Source: a virus
Taxonomy: Duplodnaviria > Caudoviricetes
Reading direction: 5' to 3' (one strand)
Virus record (IMG/VR): IMGVR_UViG_3300042451_000046
Span: 1-34,799 of that record
Length of the DNA: 34,799 nucleotides
The notes beneath the pieces are model-generated. The model worked only from the letters and a program-made list of their open reading frames with translations, made no database searches and had not been told where the DNA came from. Position 1 is the first letter of the stretch. Each line of letters starts with the position of its first letter. Of this stretch, positions 32,520-34,799 are shown one piece after another. The position numbers were made by a program, and so were the translations under genes.

Positions 32520-34799
32520 GCTGCAGCTCCCAAAACAGCCAGTGCAATCTTACTCTGTGCGCGGGCTGTGGTGCCCGTCAGGCTGTCCACGAACCGTGGG
32601 TGGTTCAGGTTCACGATCATGCACTGCATCTGGCCCGGGGCGTGCTTGGGGCAGCCCTTGAACATCGTGACGCGGTCACGGCGGCGCAGCAATGCGTTCT
32701 CGTTCTCCAACTCCCGCTCGATGCGGTCCAAGCCATCACGCTTGATCTTGAGCCATGAGCGCAGCTTCTCAGCGTTGATCGCCACTTGGCTCCCCGGCAT
32801 GATGGGGTTCTTGTCGTCGTAGACGATCTTGACCCGCGCCACGGCGCGTTCTGGTGCTGGCAGTGTGACCTGCTCAACACCTGATCCATACTTCTCTTTG
32901 CACTCGACCAGCTGGTCGTTGTGCTCTGCAAGGAACTGGCCCACGATGTCGAACACATCGGTCTTGTGATCAATGGTGAACTGGCGTGTCTTCTTGATGT
33001 GCGAGATCAGGTGGTCAATGGTGCCCTGCACATCGAACGGGAACAGGCCCAAGGCTTGGCCAATCCGTCCCATACCCCATGCAGAGATGATGGCCGTACG
33101 ATAGAAGCGCTCCTGCGGCTCGAACACAAAGTTGAACGTCTTCATGAACGATGCCTCGGCCCACTTCCACACAGCCTCTGGACCGCCCTTGTCGATCACC
33201 ACCTGCACCAGCTCTGGGAAAGCCCAGCCGTTGTTCTTGGCCATGATGTCGAAGAACTCATAGCCATCGCTCTTGCCGTCTTCACGGGTCTCGATGAACG
33301 TGCGGTCATGTTGTGGCAACTCCAAGCAGCGGGCTTTGAGCGGCTCGTTGCCAGCCTGTGCACCCTCGAACTTCTGCCACAGCGAGATGTTGGTTGTCAT
33401 CAGTGTGGGGCCATCCCACGACGCAGGGTCTCGTAAATCGCGATCTTTGGTCATGGACACCTTCTCACGGCCCATGCTCAGCTGATACGTCATGTCAGCA
33501 ATGTCTTTGTCGTCAGCTGCAGTCATCTCGTCGATGCAACATGGCAAGCTGTTGAGCACACCGCGCTGCTTGTACAGGGCGTTGGCCGTGTCCTTCTGGC
33601 TCAGGAACAGTTGCTTGGGCGTGCCGATGAGGCTGTTGGCGGCAATCAGTGACAGGGTCTTGCCCGTAGTCGTCTCTGTTGAGTAGATGGACACCACGAC
33701 GGTGCCGTTACCAGCCACAGGCCCGAGGATGCCAGTCAATGCCAGCAGCACAGCGGAGCGTATCGTCTCTGAACCCGGACGGTTGAGCATGTCCATGCCG
33801 CGAATCCACTCGTCGCGAGAGCCGTGTGGGCCGATCAAATTCTCGAATGCCTTCGCTGGGCCACGCAAGCGCGTGTCGATGTTGTCGTGCTGTGCGCCAA
33901 GCAGTGTCGGGCCACACATGAATGAGCCATCATCTTGCCAGCCGAAGCTCACGTAGTCCTGCCCAGTTGGTGTCTGCTGCTGCACCATCGTTAAGTAATC
34001 CATTAAAAATCCCCGTACTTTTTCTTGTTGGCCAATGTTCTTGACGTAAATCTGGCGGTTGAGCAAGAACGCGCTGAAGTCTTTGCCTACTGAAGCCAGC
34101 ACCGACATGTCATGCGGCTTTTCTTTCCAGCCAGTCATCGGGTACTTGACCATCAGCTTGAACGCTGACTTGCCGCTCTCGTCGTCGTTGTACACGCCCG
34201 TGATGTGCATTTCATACTGGCTCACGTGGTCGAACTCAACCACGTCTTGCGCCACGGTGTTGCCGTTGGCATCGGTCGTCGTGACCTCTGTCTTGACCTC
34301 GCGGTAAATCTGCCCGTTCTGCACCACGTAGCCCTTGGGCAGCGTAAGCACGATCTCTTCGCCAGCCTCAGTCTCTACGGCCACTTCAGTCACCACAGAC
34401 AACTGCGCTGGGCTTGTGATCTTTCCACGACTCGGGCATCCCTCACAGCCCTTGGAGCACAGCTGCTCGAACTTCGCGCAGGTTGTTGGCCCTGTACCTT
34501 TCCAACCGTTGATCTTGTCGAGGTTGGTGTCGAGGTCAAAGTCTTTGTGTAGCCCAGCCAACTTTACGATGGCTTCCTTTGGGTCCGTGCAGTGCTTGGC
34601 AAGGCCCAGTGACGCACGCCACAGCGGCTCTTCTACAGGTCGACCAGCGGCATCAAGCACACCACCAGAAGAAACAAGAGCTCCCACTTGGTTACAACGA
34701 GATGCCACGGCATCGAGGACGACATCATTGGTGTTGAGTACTGCGTCGAGGATGGATGACTTGGGCTTGCCTGCACGTGGCGTGAGCGCAGTGGATGAT
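32516..34799 (-). CDS. DUF927-type primase-helicase (5' end outside window)
   Basis: Frame is open to the window edge; FGWQDDG (DUF927-like), Walker A-like STETTTGKT, Walker B-like CCIDE; Cys cluster TTCAKF..GCEGCP. Confidence 0.8.
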   Translation of the reverse strand, partial: SSTALTPRAGKPKSSILDAVLNTNDVVLDAVASRCNQVGALVSSGGVLDAAGRPVEEPLWRASLGLAKHCTDPKEAIVKLAGLHKDFDLDTNLDKINGWKGTGPTTCAKFEQLCSKGCEGCPSRGKITSPAQLSVVTEVAVETEAGEEIVLTLPKGYVVQNGQIYREVKTEVTTTDANGNTVAQDVVEFDHVSQYEMHITGVYNDDESGKSAFKLMVKYPMTGWKEKPHDMSVLASVGKDFSAFLLNRQIYVKNIGQQEKVRGFLMDYLTMVQQQTPTGQDYVSFGWQDDGSFMCGPTLLGAQHDNIDTRLRGPAKAFENLIGPHGSRDEWIRGMDMLNRPGSETIRSAVLLALTGILGPVAGNGTVVVSIYSTETTTGKTLSLIAANSLIGTPKQLFLSQKDTANALYKQRGVLNSLPCCIDEMTAADDKDIADMTYQLSMGREKVSMTKDRDLRDPASWDGPTLMTTNISLWQKFEGAQAGNEPLKARCLELPQHDRTFIETREDGKSDGYEFFDIMAKNNGWAFPELVQVVIDKGGPEAVWKWAEASFMKTFNFVFEPQERFYRTAIISAWGMGRIGQALGLFPFDVQGTIDHLISHIKKTRQFTIDHKTDVFDIVGQFLAEHNDQLVECKEKYGSGVEQVTLPAPERAVARVKIVYDDKNPIMPGSQVAINAEKLRSWLKIKRDGLDRIERELENENALLRRRDRVTMFKGCPKHAPGQMQCMIVNLNHPRFVDSLTGTTARAQSKIALAVLGAAA

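Noticed and set aside
1-34799. tRNA/rRNA genes, integrase/att sites, phage RNA polymerase promoters
   Set aside because: None recognisable; intergenic gaps are short and no repeated ~20-bp T7-like promoter consensus was seen

Overview
This is a 34.8-kb segment of a tailed dsDNA bacteriophage or prophage with podovirus-like architecture. All family assignments come from motif recognition by eye, not database searches. The + strand (1-31187) carries a near-complete virion module: portal, scaffold, major capsid, decoration, head-tail adaptors, a cluster of short modular tail-fibre/adhesin genes, a lysis cassette with several membrane proteins and a GH19 endolysin, another tail fibre with its chaperone, a nozzle, a cupin-SET fusion, three ejection/internal virion proteins and three small Lys-rich proteins. 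The largest internal protein (~2234 aa) is polyvalent, with HExxH and ADP-ribosyltransferase-like domains. The - strand (31188 to the end) carries the distal end of the replication module: HNH genes, a MazG-like pyrophosphatase and a DUF927-type primase-helicase that runs off the window. Two HNH-type homing-endonuclease-like genes look recently inserted. Several host sigma70-like promoters and two UUCG terminators are visible; no terminase, tRNA, CRISPR array or reverse transcriptase was seen. The main candidates for new biology are (i) a SET lysine-methyltransferase/cupin fusion co-encoded with histone-tail-like Lys-rich microproteins, (ii) a swappable ART cassette in the injected polyvalent protein, (iii) a modular adhesin array sharing a DNA-identical 28-bp junction, and (iv) a T4-T-like holin in a five-membrane-protein lysis cassette.
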